Source: Hemiscyllium ocellatum
Taxonomy: Eukaryota
Assembly (NCBI RefSeq): GCF_020745735.1
Contig: NC_083407.1
Span: 89,209,857-89,273,856, forward strand
DNA length: 64,000 bases
Direction: 5' to 3'
Shown: positions 13,482 through 26,380 of the stretch, piece by piece
How the letters are laid out: each line of letters starts with the position of its first letter
Position numbering within the stretch: the first letter of the stretch is position 1
The notes under the pieces: model-generated
The model's database searches: none
What the model saw: the letters and a program-made list of their open reading frames with translations, nothing else
What the model was told of the DNA's origin: nothing
Made by a program: the position numbers and the translations under genes

Positions 13482-13505
13482 AGAGAGAGAGAGAGAGAGA
13501 GAGAG
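13482..13505. repeat. (AG)n microsatellite inside a decayed PLE terminal-repeat remnant
   Basis: About 12 AG units. Confidence 0.85.
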
Positions 13506-13745
13506 TGTTTTGATGAAAGGCCATTGATCTGAATCATTAAATCTGGTTTTGCTATGGATGTTGCCTGGCCTGCTGAGTTTTTCAGCACTTTCTTTTATTC
13601 TTAAGTCATAAGACCATTTTGCACTATCCCACAAGGTCAAAATTCATGTCTCACTGTTTTGTTTTCAAATGTTCTTGTGATTTCAGGTGCCCCATCAATC
13701 TATGGGTTGATGATTATAAGGTCAGCTGCAAGTTCTTCAACCACT

Positions 13746-14073
13746 GCATGGTGGCTCAGTGGTTAGCACTGTTGCCTCACAGCACCAAGGACTCAAGTTC
13801 AATTCCCCAGGAGATTGTGTGGACTTTGCACATTCTCCCCAAGTCTGCATGGGTTTCCTCTGGGTGTTCAAGTTTCCTCCCACAGTTCAAAGATGTGCCA
13901 GTTAGGTGAATTGGCCATGGTAAATTAACCATAGTATTCAGGCATATATAGGTTAGGTGCATTAGTCTGGGTAAATGTAAAGGAATGGGTCTGAGTGTGT
14001 CACTCTTCGGAGGGGTGGTGTGGACTTGTTGGGCCGAAGGGCCTGTTTCCACACTACAGGGATTCTATGATTC
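13746..14073 (+). mobile_element. HE1-like V-SINE
   Basis: GGTGGCTCAGTGGTTAGC head, V core GGGTTTCCTC...CCCACAG, tail GGGCCTGTTTCCACAC. Confidence 0.88.
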
Positions 14074-14789
14074 ACAAACAGATGTGCTAACGTATCTCAG
14101 GATTAATACAACTTCTGTATATTTCCAGTTCTCTGGATGAGGAACACGTAAACCTCAATGATCAGCAGCTCCAGAGTCATGGAAAGCGATTTCAGAAATG
14201 AGGATATGATGCAGAGGACTTTAGCTAGCAATCCCTGTTACATCTTACTCCAACTTTAGCTTTGGATTTTCGAACTTGATGTGTTGCACCAACAATTTTT
14301 TCATTCATGGAAATAGGTATCACTGGGCGCTTGCCAGCAATTATTGAACTGAATGGCTTGCTAGGCAATTGAGAGTCATCTATATTGATATGGGTCTGGA
14401 GTCACATGGAGGTCAGACCAGGTGAGGATGGCAGATTCCTTTTCCTCAAGGACATTAGTAAACCAGATGAGCTATTCCCGACAATGATTTCATGATCGTC
14501 AGTCAATTTTAATTCCAAATTTTTTTATCTTATTGAATTCAAATTCCACCATCTGCCTTGGTGGGATTCTAACTCTGGTCCCCAGAACATTAGCAGAGTT
14601 TCTGGAGTAATAGTCTTGCAATAACACCACGAGGCCATAGCCTCTCCTATTGTGGCACCCTATTTAGTCATAGAGCTGTACAGCACGGAAACAGACCCTT
14701 CGGTCCAACTCGTCCATGCTGACCAGACATCCTAAATTAACCTAGCCCGATTTGCGAGCATTTAGCTCATATCATTCTAAACCCTTCCT

Positions 14790-16071
14790 AAAAAAAAGCA
14801 ATATGGTTTTGTGCAGGGGAGAATGTGTCTTCCAACTTAATAGAGTTCTTTGAGGAAGTGGCCAAGTTGATAGATGAAGGAAGGGCTGTAGGTGTCATAT
14901 ACATGGACTTTAGTAAGGCATTTGATAAGGTTCCCCATGGTAAACAAACGGAGAAAGTGAAGTCATATGGTGTTAAGGGTGTTCTGGCTAGGTGGATAGC
15001 AAACTGGTTGAGCAACAGGAGACAGAGAGTAGTAGTTGAAGGGAGTTCCTTGAAATGGAGAAAGGTGATCAGTGGTGTTCCACAGGGATCAGTGCTGAGG
15101 CCACTGTTGTTTGTGAGATATATAAATGATCAGGAAGAGGGCACTGTTCATATGATCAGCAAATTTGCAGATGACACAAAGATTGGAGGAATAGCAGAAA
15201 GCATAGGGGACTGTCAAAAAATACAGGAGGATATAGATAGACTGGAGAGTTTGGCAGAGAAGTGGCAGAATGAGTTCAATCCTGGCAAATGTGAGGTGAT
15301 GCATTTTGGGAAGTCTAATTCCAGAGCAAACTATACAGTAAGTGGAAGTGCCTTGGGAAAAGTTGAGCAGAGATCTGGGAGTTCAGGTCCATTGCACCCT
15401 GAAGGTTGCTGCGCAGGTGGATAGAGTGATCAAGAAGGCATATGGTATGCTTGCCTTCGTTGGACGTGGTATTGAGTATAAGAGCTGGCAGTCATGTTAA
15501 AATTGTACAAGGCATTGGTTCGGCTGCATTTAGACTATTGTGTACATTTCTGGTCACCACATTACCAAAAGGATGTGGACGTTTTGGAGAGGATGTAGAG
15601 AAGGTTACGAGGATGTTGCCTTGTATGGAAGGTGCTAGCTATGAAGAGATGTTGAGTAGGTTAAGATTGTTTTCATTAGAAAAAAGAAGATTGAGGTCTA
15701 CAAAATCAAGAAGGGTATAGACAGGGTAGACAGAGGTAAGCTATTTTCCCAGGGTGAAAGATTCAATAACGAGAGGTCAAGCTTTCAAGGTGAAAGGTGA
15801 AAAGTTCAAGAGGAATACATGCGGCAAGTACTTTACACAGAGGGTGTGTAGGTGCCTGGGACATGTTGCCAGCCAAGGTAGTAGAGGCAGGCACGGTAGA
15901 TTCATTTCAGATGCGTCTTGACAGATGCATGAATAGGTTGGGAGCAGAGGGATACAGATGCTTAGGAATTGGGCGACAGGTTTAGACAGTGGATTTGGAT
16001 TGGCTCAGGCTTGGAGGGCCGAAGGACCTGCTCCTGGGTTGTAAATTTTCTTTGTTCTTTGTTATTTTGTT
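14790..16071 (+). mobile_element. 5'-truncated CR1 LINE, nested inside a minus-strand CR1 3' fragment (14667-14789 + 16072-16320)
   Basis: ORF 14825-15424 has YMDFSKAFDKVPH, SGVPQGS and KFADDTK; tail is (TTCTTTG)n-like. Host fragment rejoins across the insertion. Confidence 0.9.
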
Positions 16072-16954
16072 AATGTATGCATCCAGAAGCCTTGTAAGTG
16101 TTGTACAAGGCATCTGAATCCAGCCTCCACCACTTCCTTTGGCAGCTAATTCCAGACGGGCACCAGCCTTTGCGTGAAGAAGTTGCCCCTTATATACCTT
16201 TTATATCTTTTCCCTCTCACCCTAAACCTACGCCCTCTAGTTCTGGACTCCCCCACGCTAGGGAAATGATCTTCTTTATTTACCCTATCCATGCCCCTCC
16301 TGATTTTATAAATCTCAATAAGGCTCTAAGTTTTGCTGTCATTCCTTCGTTTATTCCATGAAAGTGATTTTTCTGTTTTTATTTTCTCTCGCACATTTGG
16401 CTACACTTTATTGCCTAACTACTTTTCAATTTTTTGATTTTAGATTTATTACAAAATAATCTAATATCTACCTGCTTTGCTCTCCTTTCCTCCACATCAG
16501 TTTGTACAAATGCCTCTGCTCATGGTTAATATACATTTAGTACTTTATTACTTGCATTCTTAAAATTAAAATTACATTTCCATATATAATGTGACTGACT
16601 ACAGTCCCTGCATATTATTTGCTCATGTTTTAAACAGAACTTTGTTAGAAACATCATAAGTTATAATAGCCTACAGCAAATATGTAAGTTGTAATTTGTC
16701 ATTTAGAAATAAAAGTGATGTTTCTTGTTTAGGAAAAACTATTTAAGACTTAGCAGTTTGAAATCCCAGCAAGTTTGTAATTACTCCTACATAAGGGCTC
16801 AAAAATAGAAATCTGATAGATGACAGATCTTTGGATAGTTTTCTTGTGCTACAAAGATACACGTTCTTTTGGAGCTGTGTGCACAGTGAAGCTTGGCTTA
16901 ATTTTTAAAAATTACTTTAACTTCTTTATGTCAGTTTTTATCAAAGGTAAGAGA

Positions 16955-17230
16955 ATACTTACAGTGTGGAAACAGGCCCTTCCGCCCAACAAGTCCACAC
17001 TGACCCTCTGTAGAGTAGCACCCCACCCCCCCCCCCCTACATTTACCCCTTCACATAATACTATGCGCAATTTAGCATGGCCAATTCACCTAACCTGCAG
17101 GACTGCAGGAGGAAACCCTCACAGACAATGTGCAAACGCTAGACAGAGACAGTTGCCTGATGCAGGAATTGAACCCAGGTCTCTAGCACCGTGAGGTAGC
17201 TGTGCTAACCACTGTGCCACCATGCCATCC
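16955..17230 (-). mobile_element. HE1-like V-SINE
   Basis: Homologous to 49822-50132, with deletions. Confidence 0.85.
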
Positions 17231-17439
17231 ATTGTGCCACTGTGCCGCATCACGTTTGATGTCAATTGGTTTTATGCGGTCCTCATTCACGGTATTTTAC
17301 AGTGTCATTTTCGTTTTCAGCAGGTAGGTACCTCAAATCTCCACAGTGCATTTTATTTGATCATTTCCACGAGGCCATATGAATGAGAGCTGAGACAAAG
17401 TGATGAAATATTTTGTCTGTGAACCCGTGATATCTGTGC

Positions 17440-18990
17440 AATTTTCACTAGAATTCAAAGGTGAAAACACAAAATGGTAGTCCTGCCACATCCAGTCATG
17501 AATGGTGATGGACAATTAAACAACTCACTGTAGGAGGAGGCTCCACAAATATCCTCATCTTCAAAAATGGAAGAGCACAACACATCAGTGCAAAAGATAA
17601 AGCTAAAGCATTCATAGCAATCATCAGTCAGATGTGCCCAAAGGATGATCTTTCTTGGCCCCCTCCAATGGACCCCTGCGTTACAGATACCAGTCTGCAG
17701 CCAATTCAATTCACTCCACTTGATATCAAGAAATGATTGGAGATACTGGATACTGCAAGACTATGGGCCCTGACAATATTCTGGCAATGCTGCTGAAGAC
17801 ATATACTCAAGAACTTGCTGCTCCCCTAGTCAAGCTCTTCCAACAATGGTATCCATCCGGCAATGTGGAAAATTTCCCAGGTATGCCCTGTATGCATAAA
17901 GCAGGACAAATCCAACTCAGACAATTACCAACCCATCAGTCTACTCTTGATCATCAGTAAAGTGATGGAAGTTGCCATGGAATTATCAAGCAGCTATCAA
18001 TAATCTGCTCAGTGACGCCCAGTTTGGGTTCCACCAGGACCTGACTTCCTCACAGCCTTGATTCAAATATGGACATAAGAGTAAATTCCTGAGGTGAGGT
18101 GAGAGTGACAACACTTGACACCAAGGCCACACTTGACTGAGTGTGGCATTAAGGAGCCCTCATAAAATTGCAATCAATGGATATCAGATGGCAAACTCTC
18201 TGCTGGTTGGAATCATACTGACACATAGTAATGTGGTTGTGGTTGTTGGACATCAATCATACCAGCTCCAGGCTACCTCGACAGGAGTTCATTCGGGTAA
18301 TATCCTAAACACAAACCATCTTCAGCTGTTTCATCAAAGCCCTTCCCTCCATCATAAGGGCAGAAGTGGGGATGTTTGCTGATGATTGCACAGTGTTCAG
18401 CACCATTCATGACTGCTGAGATACTGGAACAGTCCACCTTCAAATGTAGCAAGATCTGGACAATATCCAGGCTTAGGCTGACAAGTGGTAAGTAACATTT
18501 GTGCCAACCAAATGCCAGGCAATAACCATCATCAAGAAAAGACAATCTAACTGCTTCCCTTTGACATTTGATTAGATTACTTACAGTGTGGAAACAGGCC
18601 CTTCGGCCCAACAAGCCCACACCGACCCGCCGAAGCGCAACCCACCCATACCCCTACATATACCCCTTACCTAACACTATGGGCAATTTAGCATGGCCAA
18701 TTCACCTGACCCGCACATCTTTGGACTGTGGGAGGAAACCGGAGCACCCAGAGGAAACCCACGCAGACAACGTGCAAACTCCACACAGTCAGTCGCCTGA
18801 GTCGGGAATTGAACCCGGGTCTCAGGCGCTGTGAGGCAGCAGTGCTAACCACTGTGCCACCGTGCCGCCCAGATGTATTACTATCACTGAATGCCTCACT
18901 ATCAACATGCTTGGGGTTACCATTGACCAGAAACTCAACTGGACTCACCAACTAAACACAGTGGCAACAAGAGCAGGTCAGAGGTCAACT
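17440..18990 (+). mobile_element. Old CR1/L2-group LINE RT region (different family) with nested SINE
   Basis: KTMGPDNILAMLLKTYTQELAAPLVKLFQ, NYQPISLLLIISKVME, QFGF, MFADD motifs. Related fragments at about 23290-23640 and 26440-26790. Confidence 0.8.
18570..18870 (-). mobile_element. Young HE1-like V-SINE
   Basis: Near-identical to 49822-50132 and 61124-61439; CpGs retained. Confidence 0.92.
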
Positions 18991-19773
18991 CTTGACCATT
19001 AGTTTTGGATTGTCCCAGGGCTGAAAACATTATCTCCACGTATACTGTGTAGAATCCACATTTGTCCAACTATATTTCTGTATTTTATATAAAATCCATT
19101 GCTGCTATATACAATACATGTCACTTAGTATGTTAAGTGTAGATAATTGCATTCATAGAAACAAAACTATGAATCTTTATTACTGCTATAAATATAGTGA
19201 CAGGTAGCGTTATACCACATGCAAAGGCTGGGCTTTTAAGTGCAGATGGTACCCCAGTTGCTGGTCAAAGAATCAGAGGTATGTCCACTCTCACTGGCTG
19301 TAGAAACCACACCTCAATCCTTTCATGAGCAGCTTCATCATTGTCAACAGTCATAGCTTCTGTTCCTCTGAGACAATGTGTCCCTTTGCCAGTGGGAGCG
19401 GTAGCCACTGTAGATGGCCACAGGCAGACCAGAAGCCATCGAAGAGGCTCAGAGAGGCAAATATGTTCAAATGTTGGCAAGACCAGCCAGGCAGGCCATA
19501 GTGGGGTGAAGGTGAGTTGCAAGGGCAGAGGCATGGTCTACCAGCAGGGGAAGAACTTAAGGCTAGGGAACCTTAACTAGACCACACATTGACTGTGAGC
19601 AGGAAGCAAGCCAACTGAACCCATAGGGAAGGCAGCACATGGGGTGTATTTTAATGTGGAGACAGTTGGAAGAGGCCATCAAAATGTCTTTAACTGATAT
19701 TGCCCACTCTCCCACTGAATTGATAACCTTCCACTACCTGCTTCTTTCCAGGCTGATCATAACAAAGCTTTAG

Positions 19774-20003
19774 AGCTGAAAAATGTGTTGCTGGACAAGC
19801 GCAGCAGGTCAGGCAGCATCCAAGGAGCAGGAGAATCGACATTCCGGGCATAAGCCCTTCTTCAGGAATGCCATTCCTGAAGAAGGGCTTATGCCCGAAA
19901 CGTCGATTCTCCTGCTCCTTGGATGCTGCCTGACCTGCTGCGCTTTTCCAGCAACACATTTTTCAGCTCTGATCGCCAGCATCTGCAGTCCTCACTTTCT
20001 CCT
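19774..20003. mobile_element. PLE-derived palindromic mini-element with 14-bp TSD
   Basis: About 99-bp inverted arms (19772-19870 / 19872-19970). TSD TAACAAAGCTTTAG at 19760-19773 and 20004-20017. Confidence 0.9.
19873..19908 (+). ncRNA. Minimal type I hammerhead ribozyme motif (PLE-associated)
   Basis: CTGAAGA-A-GGGC(TTAT)GCCC-GAAA-CG-TC: complete core, 4-bp helix II, palindromic ACGT in place of helix III. Predicted cleavage after C19904. Helix I is weak. Confidence 0.7.
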
Positions 20004-20128
20004 TAACAAAGCTTTAGTCCACATGAAAATTGTTTATGGTCGATATCGATAAACATAATTGACCCACAAGCTATTATTTCCTGGAATTCCATTGCAGTGA
20101 AATATACAAATCAGCAAAAGTAACTTAC

Positions 20129-20463
20129 CTGTGGGTAAGAGCGACATGACCTGACACAGTCATTGAATCCCATCCAGCGCTGGTAGTCAGGATACTCTCC
20201 CCTGGTCAGAACATACTGGTATCCCATGTAATTGGGTTTCTCATACAGCACCCACCAGTCACTCTCAACACGGATGGAGTTACAGCGGCTGAAGTAAGGG
20301 GACAGGTCGGCACAATCACTACTGCACTCATAGTGCCGCCCCTGGAAGTTCCTGTCTGTGGAAAGATATTTTGCTGCAAGTTAATCATTTCTCTAGCCAG
20401 TTGATCCTTGAGGACGAAATCAAATGAAATGCAAAAACACAGAGTTATCCCCGCCTTTTCTAT
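20129..20463 (-). pseudogene. gamma-crystallin copy 2 pseudogene (exon1 20455-20463, exon2 20129-20355)
   Basis: Start ATG->ATA, TATAAATA->TACAAATA (20523-20530), degenerate donor GCGGGG, and a 16-bp frameshifting deletion at the exon 2 start (227 bp instead of 243). The rest of exon 2 is near-identical to the paralogues. Confidence 0.92.
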
Positions 20464-23400
20464 TTTGAATTTACAGTTGGTTTATTAACTGACTGAATAT
20501 TACACTGCTTCACAGAGCTTGGTATTTGTACAGACTGGGCAAAAATGCCTCATTGTGCTGTACTTTGCTATTCCAATAATTCAATCCTGAAAAATCAGCT
20601 GAATTCACAAGATGCATGTTGTATTGATGGTAGTTAAACACTTCAAAGACATTTCATGTGTTTTGATTATTTTCCATTTGTCTTCATGTCACTTTAATGG
20701 TTGTTGGAAATGTTGTCTGAAACAGTCCTACCTCCTAAATTGCCCAGATCTCTTTAGTGTAATCACCTGTTCCCAAATGGTAAAGATGAGGCCATGGATA
20801 TCCAGAGAATCTAACTTTGGAAATGATCATTTCCATTCCTAGTTGATACATAATTGTAAGGGGATTTATTTCCTAGATTCTTCAATCATCTATTCCCAAA
20901 ACCTGTCATGTAGTGATATCATGTATGGCATTAATCTGCTGATATTGATATTATGAGTGATGGGTATTGACGCAACTTGCACACGATACGTGTTTCATGC
21001 AGTCCAACCAGAGTCCTGCATACAAATGTACTGGATTGATTTGAATTAAAATTTAGAGACAACTAAGAATAAATATGGGAACAGGTAAGATAACAATAGA
21101 AAGTTAAGCTGTCAAGTGACAGAATTAAAACAAACTTTTTAGCTATATTTATCTGTGGGTAACAGAATGAACGTCTCATGCTATTGACAATATGTAAGAC
21201 AATGTTAAAACACACACACACACTCATGCTCTGTAAGCCAATGTATTATTTACTCTTGTGTCACATTAATCATTTTGAAACATGTGTCTGTGCTTTTATT
21301 TTTCTCTGTTATTTTCTCTGGCTATGGTAAAGTCATTGTGCTCTGGTCTAGTCTTCTAGTGATAGAATGAAACATTGAAGAAGAGCACCCTGATTGAGGA
21401 ACTGAATAATGAACATGAGGACATGAAGGCAAGATTGGAAGGCAAAGACAAGCCAAAGGTTTTTGCTAAAAGCCTGTAAAGTAATTTTAAGCTGTGTTGG
21501 AGCTGTCAGTGATCCGTGCCCCATTGTTTCTGTAACAATAAATATGTCTTCTTCACTCAAACATTGGAGATTAGAGGTAATTCCCATATAGCCGCCTGTG
21601 TTTCTTCAAGCATAACATTGAAAAGGATGACCAGAGAAAATAATGGCTGCATACAGAATAGTGATACAATTAAAAGCCAACTAAATTGGCTGAAAATAGA
21701 TGAAAATCTAAATGGTACATTGTCATCGCTGGGAAATGGTTTACAAAAAGACATCAAAAGTAAACTCACTGAAGATGGATAGAACAGCTTTGCCAACTGC
21801 TCTAAAGACATATCAGGAAATCTGAGGGTGGATTGATCATGTGGCATAGATTCTGACTCATGGGATTTGTCAGCAGCCAGTGACATTATGTGAATCTGTA
21901 CTATTGTTAAATAATAACATGGTTGTAAACATTGAGATCATTTAGACTAAGTGAAGAGGTTTTATAAATAGAAAGTTAAACATCAGGAAATAGCTGGCTA
22001 GGACAAAAAAAACTGGATAGATGGAAAACATCAGAAATTGGACAAAGGGAGGAAAGATACTGGTGTGCAGCAACACAATGAACAAAGAGAAATCCCCTCA
22101 TGGAAAATTGTTAATTATTGTTAGACCCCAAGGCCAATATGTTCAGAGAAATAACTTGGAAAAAGTGAGATTGTTTAGTTTTCGTAGTATGCACACTTTC
22201 ACTTAAATATCACTGTTTTGCATCCCTGTAGGGTAAACAAAGACCCAAACAACTAACTTTATTGAATGACCACCAACAGAAGGAATTACCAATGCCTTTT
22301 ATAATATTGACTTTATTGTTGAATAGGAACAAACATGGATCAAGTATGGATTATCAAGCAAATGATACTTTGTAAAAAAAACATACAACAATAGATTTCA
22401 TCTCCAGGTTTGGTCATGATTGTCATCACCAGGATAAGAATTTGACAGTCCTGACAGTTATACTATCTGGAGTTCCTTTCCAACCAACCAACCAACAATC
22501 TGACCCCAATTCACAGTTTGGTCACTCCTGTGGAAACACTTAACTCTTTAGAATCTTTGAGCTGTTCCACATTGGGCACAATTTAAGCCAGTTCATGCAT
22601 TGTGTCTAAAAACCTCCTTTTCATTTCCTGTCAAATATTAAAATTTGCTCATTTCCTGAGAGAAATTTATTTCTGCTCCTCACAAGAATTTTGAATATGT
22701 TCCTCTTTCTGTCTTTCTCTGCTTTCTCTTTGTGTGTGCATATGTATACTGATTGTCTTCTTTATCTAATGCAACTGTTTTTTTTTAACAGCAATAACTT
22801 CTTTGTTTTCTTCTCTATGTCTAGTTGTATGGCTTTTGTATCTTAACTTCCCATTGGTCTTGGTCACCAGGTTTCATGGAGCAGTATTTCTGAAGAAAAT
22901 TGTAATTGATCTATTTACAATTGATGCAACTACCTAAAAGTAATTTCCAAATGTTGTTAAAAACAATTATAGATTCCATCAACTATTTAAATAAGTTATA
23001 ATTTTTTTTATTTTCACCAGCAGTCACTATAATTATCACAGGGAAATCTTTCTTTTATTTCAGCAATCTAATGCAATTTCAAAACTGTGAATTTTACATT
23101 GACAATTGTAGCTGTGATTATTTGGCAACAAACAATCACTGGATTTGACCGATATATTCAAAATTTCGTATAAATTGGGAAAGGTGGCTGAGGCAAATGG
23201 TTAAAAACAGATAAGGCTTATTTATTATTAAAGCTGAAATAAACTAATAAACTTGACAATATGAAAAATTGCACCAATATGTCATAGCCACAAAAAGCAG
23301 GACAACTTAAATCTGATCAATTACCACTCCATCACAATCCTCTCAATCCTCAGCAGAGTAATGGAAACTGCTGTTGACAGTACCCTCAGGTGGCACTTTC

Positions 23401-24689
23401 ACAGCATTAACTTGCTCACTCATGTACAATTTGGCGTCAAAAAGTACCAGCAGAACTCTCCATTGCTTGGAATCATATTGAGCAGAAAGGAAGATGATTG
23501 TGGCTTTTGGAAATAAATTATCTCAGTCCCAGGACAGCGCTACATAAATTCTTCAAAGTACAAGACTAAGTCCAATCATTTTCAGTTGTTCCATTAATCA
23601 CCTTCCCTCTATGATCGTGTCAGAAGTAGGGATTATTGTATTGTGACTCACAGTCATTTTGTCACTATGCTTTTAAGAGACACCTGATAACATTATCACA
23701 ACACCATAGCATGTAACCTGAGGGCATACAATCTCATTCTCCATTTTACCCTGGGATCAATTGAAGGCTGACATGCTATGGAAATCACACTGCTGTAATA
23801 TAATCTAATGTTTGTATATAATAGTTAGCTGTAGTAAATATCTGTTGGATTTTCAATACCCTAATACCCGTGCGCAGTTTATTCTGTTAGAACACAGAAC
23901 ATAGAACATTACAGTGCGGTACAGAGCCTTCGCCCTCAATGTTGTGCCAACCTGTGGAACCAATCTGAAGCCTATCTAACCTACACTATTCCATTAGAAC
24001 GTAAAACATTCTAGTACAGGTGCTTCGGCCTATCATCTAAAATAAAATAATCTAACCTATGCCCCCTTCAATTGACTGCTGTCCATGTGCATGTCCAGCA
24101 GTCGCTTAAATGCCCCTAATGACTCTGCATCCACCACCGCTGCTGGCAATCTATTCCATGCATTCACAACTCTTTGCATAAAGAACCTACCTCTGAAGTC
24201 TCCTCTATACCTTCCTCCTAACACTTTAAAACTATGACCCCTTGTGGCAGTCAATCCTGCCCTGGGGAAAAGTCTCTGGCTATCAACTCTCGTTACCTCA
24301 TAAACCTCGATCAGGTCACCTCTCTTCATTCTTCTCTCCCGAGAGAAAAGTCCAAGCTCAGTCAACCTCTCTTCATAAGACAAACCTTCCAGTCCAGGCA
24401 GCATCCTGGTAAACCTCCTTTGCACTCTCTCCAAAGCTTCCACATCTTTCCTATAATAGGGTGACCAGAACTGGATACTATATTCCCAAGTGTGGACTCA
24501 TCAGAGTTTTATAGAGCTGCAGCAAAACCTCACGGCTCTTAAACTCGATCCCCCGTTAATGAAAGCCAAAACACCCTATATGCTTTTTTAACAACTCTAT
24601 CCTCTTGGGTAGCAAGTTTGAGGGATCTGTGCACTTGAACACCAAGATTCCATAGCTCCTCCACACTACCAAGACTCTTGACTTTAATC

Positions 24690-25398
24690 TAGGAGAAAGT
24701 GAGGACTGCAGACGCTGGAGATCAGAACTGAAAATGTGTTGCTGGAAAAGCGCAGCAAGTCAGGCAGCATCCAAGGAGCAGGAGAATCGACGTTTCGGAC
24801 ATGAGCCCTTCTTCAGGAATGAGGAAGGTGTGCCAAGCAGGCTAAGATAAAAAGTATGGAGGAGGGACTTGGGGGAGGGGCATTTGAAATGCGACAGGTG
24901 GAAGGAGGTAAAGGTGAGGGTGATAGTAGTCGTACGGAGTAGTTGGGTTGATTGGTCCGGGTGTCCCAGAAGACCTCTGGGACACCCGGACCAATCAACC
25001 CAATCACCCCGTGGCTCAACACTTCAACTCCCCCTCCCACTCCACCAAGGACATGCAGGTCCTTGGACTCCTCCATCGCCAGACCATAGCAACACGACAG
25101 CTGGAGGAAGAGCGCCTTATCTTCCGCCAAGGAACCCTCCAACCACAAGGGATGAACTCAGATTTCTCCAGTTTCCTCATTTCCCCTTCCCCCACCTTGT
25201 CTCAGTCCCAACCCTCGAACTCAGCACCACCTTTCTAACCTGCAATCTTCTTCCCGACTTCTCCGCCCCCACCCCCACTCTGACCTATCATCCTCACCTT
25301 TACCTCCTTCCAGAAGAAGGGCTAATGAAATGTTGATTCTTCTGCTCCTTGGATGCTGTCTGACCTGCTGCGCTTTTCCAGCAACAATTTTCAGCTCC
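24690..25398. mobile_element. Truncated PLE: inverted 5' repeat + GIY-YIG C-terminus + 3' repeat, 11-bp TSD
   Basis: HPVAQHFNSPSHS...EEERLIFRQGTLQPQGMN (24948-25238). TSD TGACTTTAATC at 24679-24689 and 25399-25409. Confidence 0.9.
24785..24820 (-). ncRNA. Minimal hammerhead ribozyme motif (PLE repeat)
   Basis: Minus strand reads CTGAAGA-A-GGGC(TCAT)GTCC-GAAA-CGTC; core intact, helix II has a G-U pair. Confidence 0.62.
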
Positions 25399-25935
25399 TG
25401 ACTTTAATCCTACATTCAACATTCAAGTTCAACGTTCCAAAATGCATCACTTTGCACTTATTCAGGTTGAACTCTATCTGCCATTTCTCAGCCCACTCTG
25501 CATCCTGCCAATGTTATTCTGTGGCCTGCAATAGCTCTTGATACTATCAACGGTAATTCCAACTTTTGTGACACCGGCAAACTTACTAACCCATCCCTCA
25601 ACCTCCTCATTCAAGTCATTTATAAACATGACAAAGAGCAGACGCCCAAGAACAGAGCCCTGTGGGACACCACTCACCACTGACTTCCAGGCAGAATACT
25701 TTCCATCTACAAACACTCTCTGCCTTCTGTCAGCTAGCCAATTCTGAATCCGGACAGCCAAATCTCCCTGCATCCTATCTCTCATGACTTTATAAATGAG
25801 CCTATCATGGGGAACCTGATCAAATGCCTTGCTGAAATCCATGTAAACCACATCCTCTGCTTGACCTTTGTCAGCTTGTCATTGTCACCTCCTCAATAAG
25901 ATTTGTGAGGCATGACCTGTGTCTCACAAAGCCAA

Positions 25936-26380
25936 AGCCATTCTTGCCCATATGCCTATCCAATGACCATTTCAATGCCCTTAAAGCTGATGAATCTACT
26001 ATTGTTGCAGGCAATGCGTTCCACACCCCTACTACTCTCTGAGCAAAGAAACTATCTCTGACATCTGTCCTATGTCTATCACCCCTCAATTTAAAGCTAT
26101 GTCCCCTTGTGCTCGCCTTCACCATCCGTGGAAAACGTCTCTCACTGTCCACCCTATCTTACCCTCTGATTATCTTATATGCCTCAAATTAAGTCACCTC
26201 TTAACCTTCTACTCTAGCGAAAACAGCCTTTCCTCTTAAGATCTTCCCTCCATACCAGGCAACATTCTAGTAAATCACTGAACCTTTCCAAAGCTTCCAC
26301 ATCCTTCCTATAATGCAGTGACCAGAGCTTTACGTAATACTCCAAATGTGGCCACACCAGAGTTTTGTACAGTTGCAGTC
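25936..26380 (-). mobile_element. CR1 3' fragment
   Basis: STRGHSFKLRG...FFAQRVVGVWNALP. Confidence 0.85.

Larger units (their letters stand above)
23885..25935 (-). mobile_element. CR1 LINE 3' portion(s), interrupted by a PLE
   Basis: ORFs 24057-24443 (LERVQRRFTRM) and 25474-25851 (YMDFSKAFD, SGVPQGS). Confidence 0.88.

Noticed and set aside
19690-20052. Mirror-image ORFs MCCW..AAGQAASKEQENR on both strands
   Set aside because: Artefact of the DNA palindrome, not protein genes.
21340-22330. Coding-looking stretch with ORFs 21516-21782 and 21557-21886
   Set aside because: No recognisable domain or splice structure. Possibly a decayed transposon, but I cannot support a call without a search.
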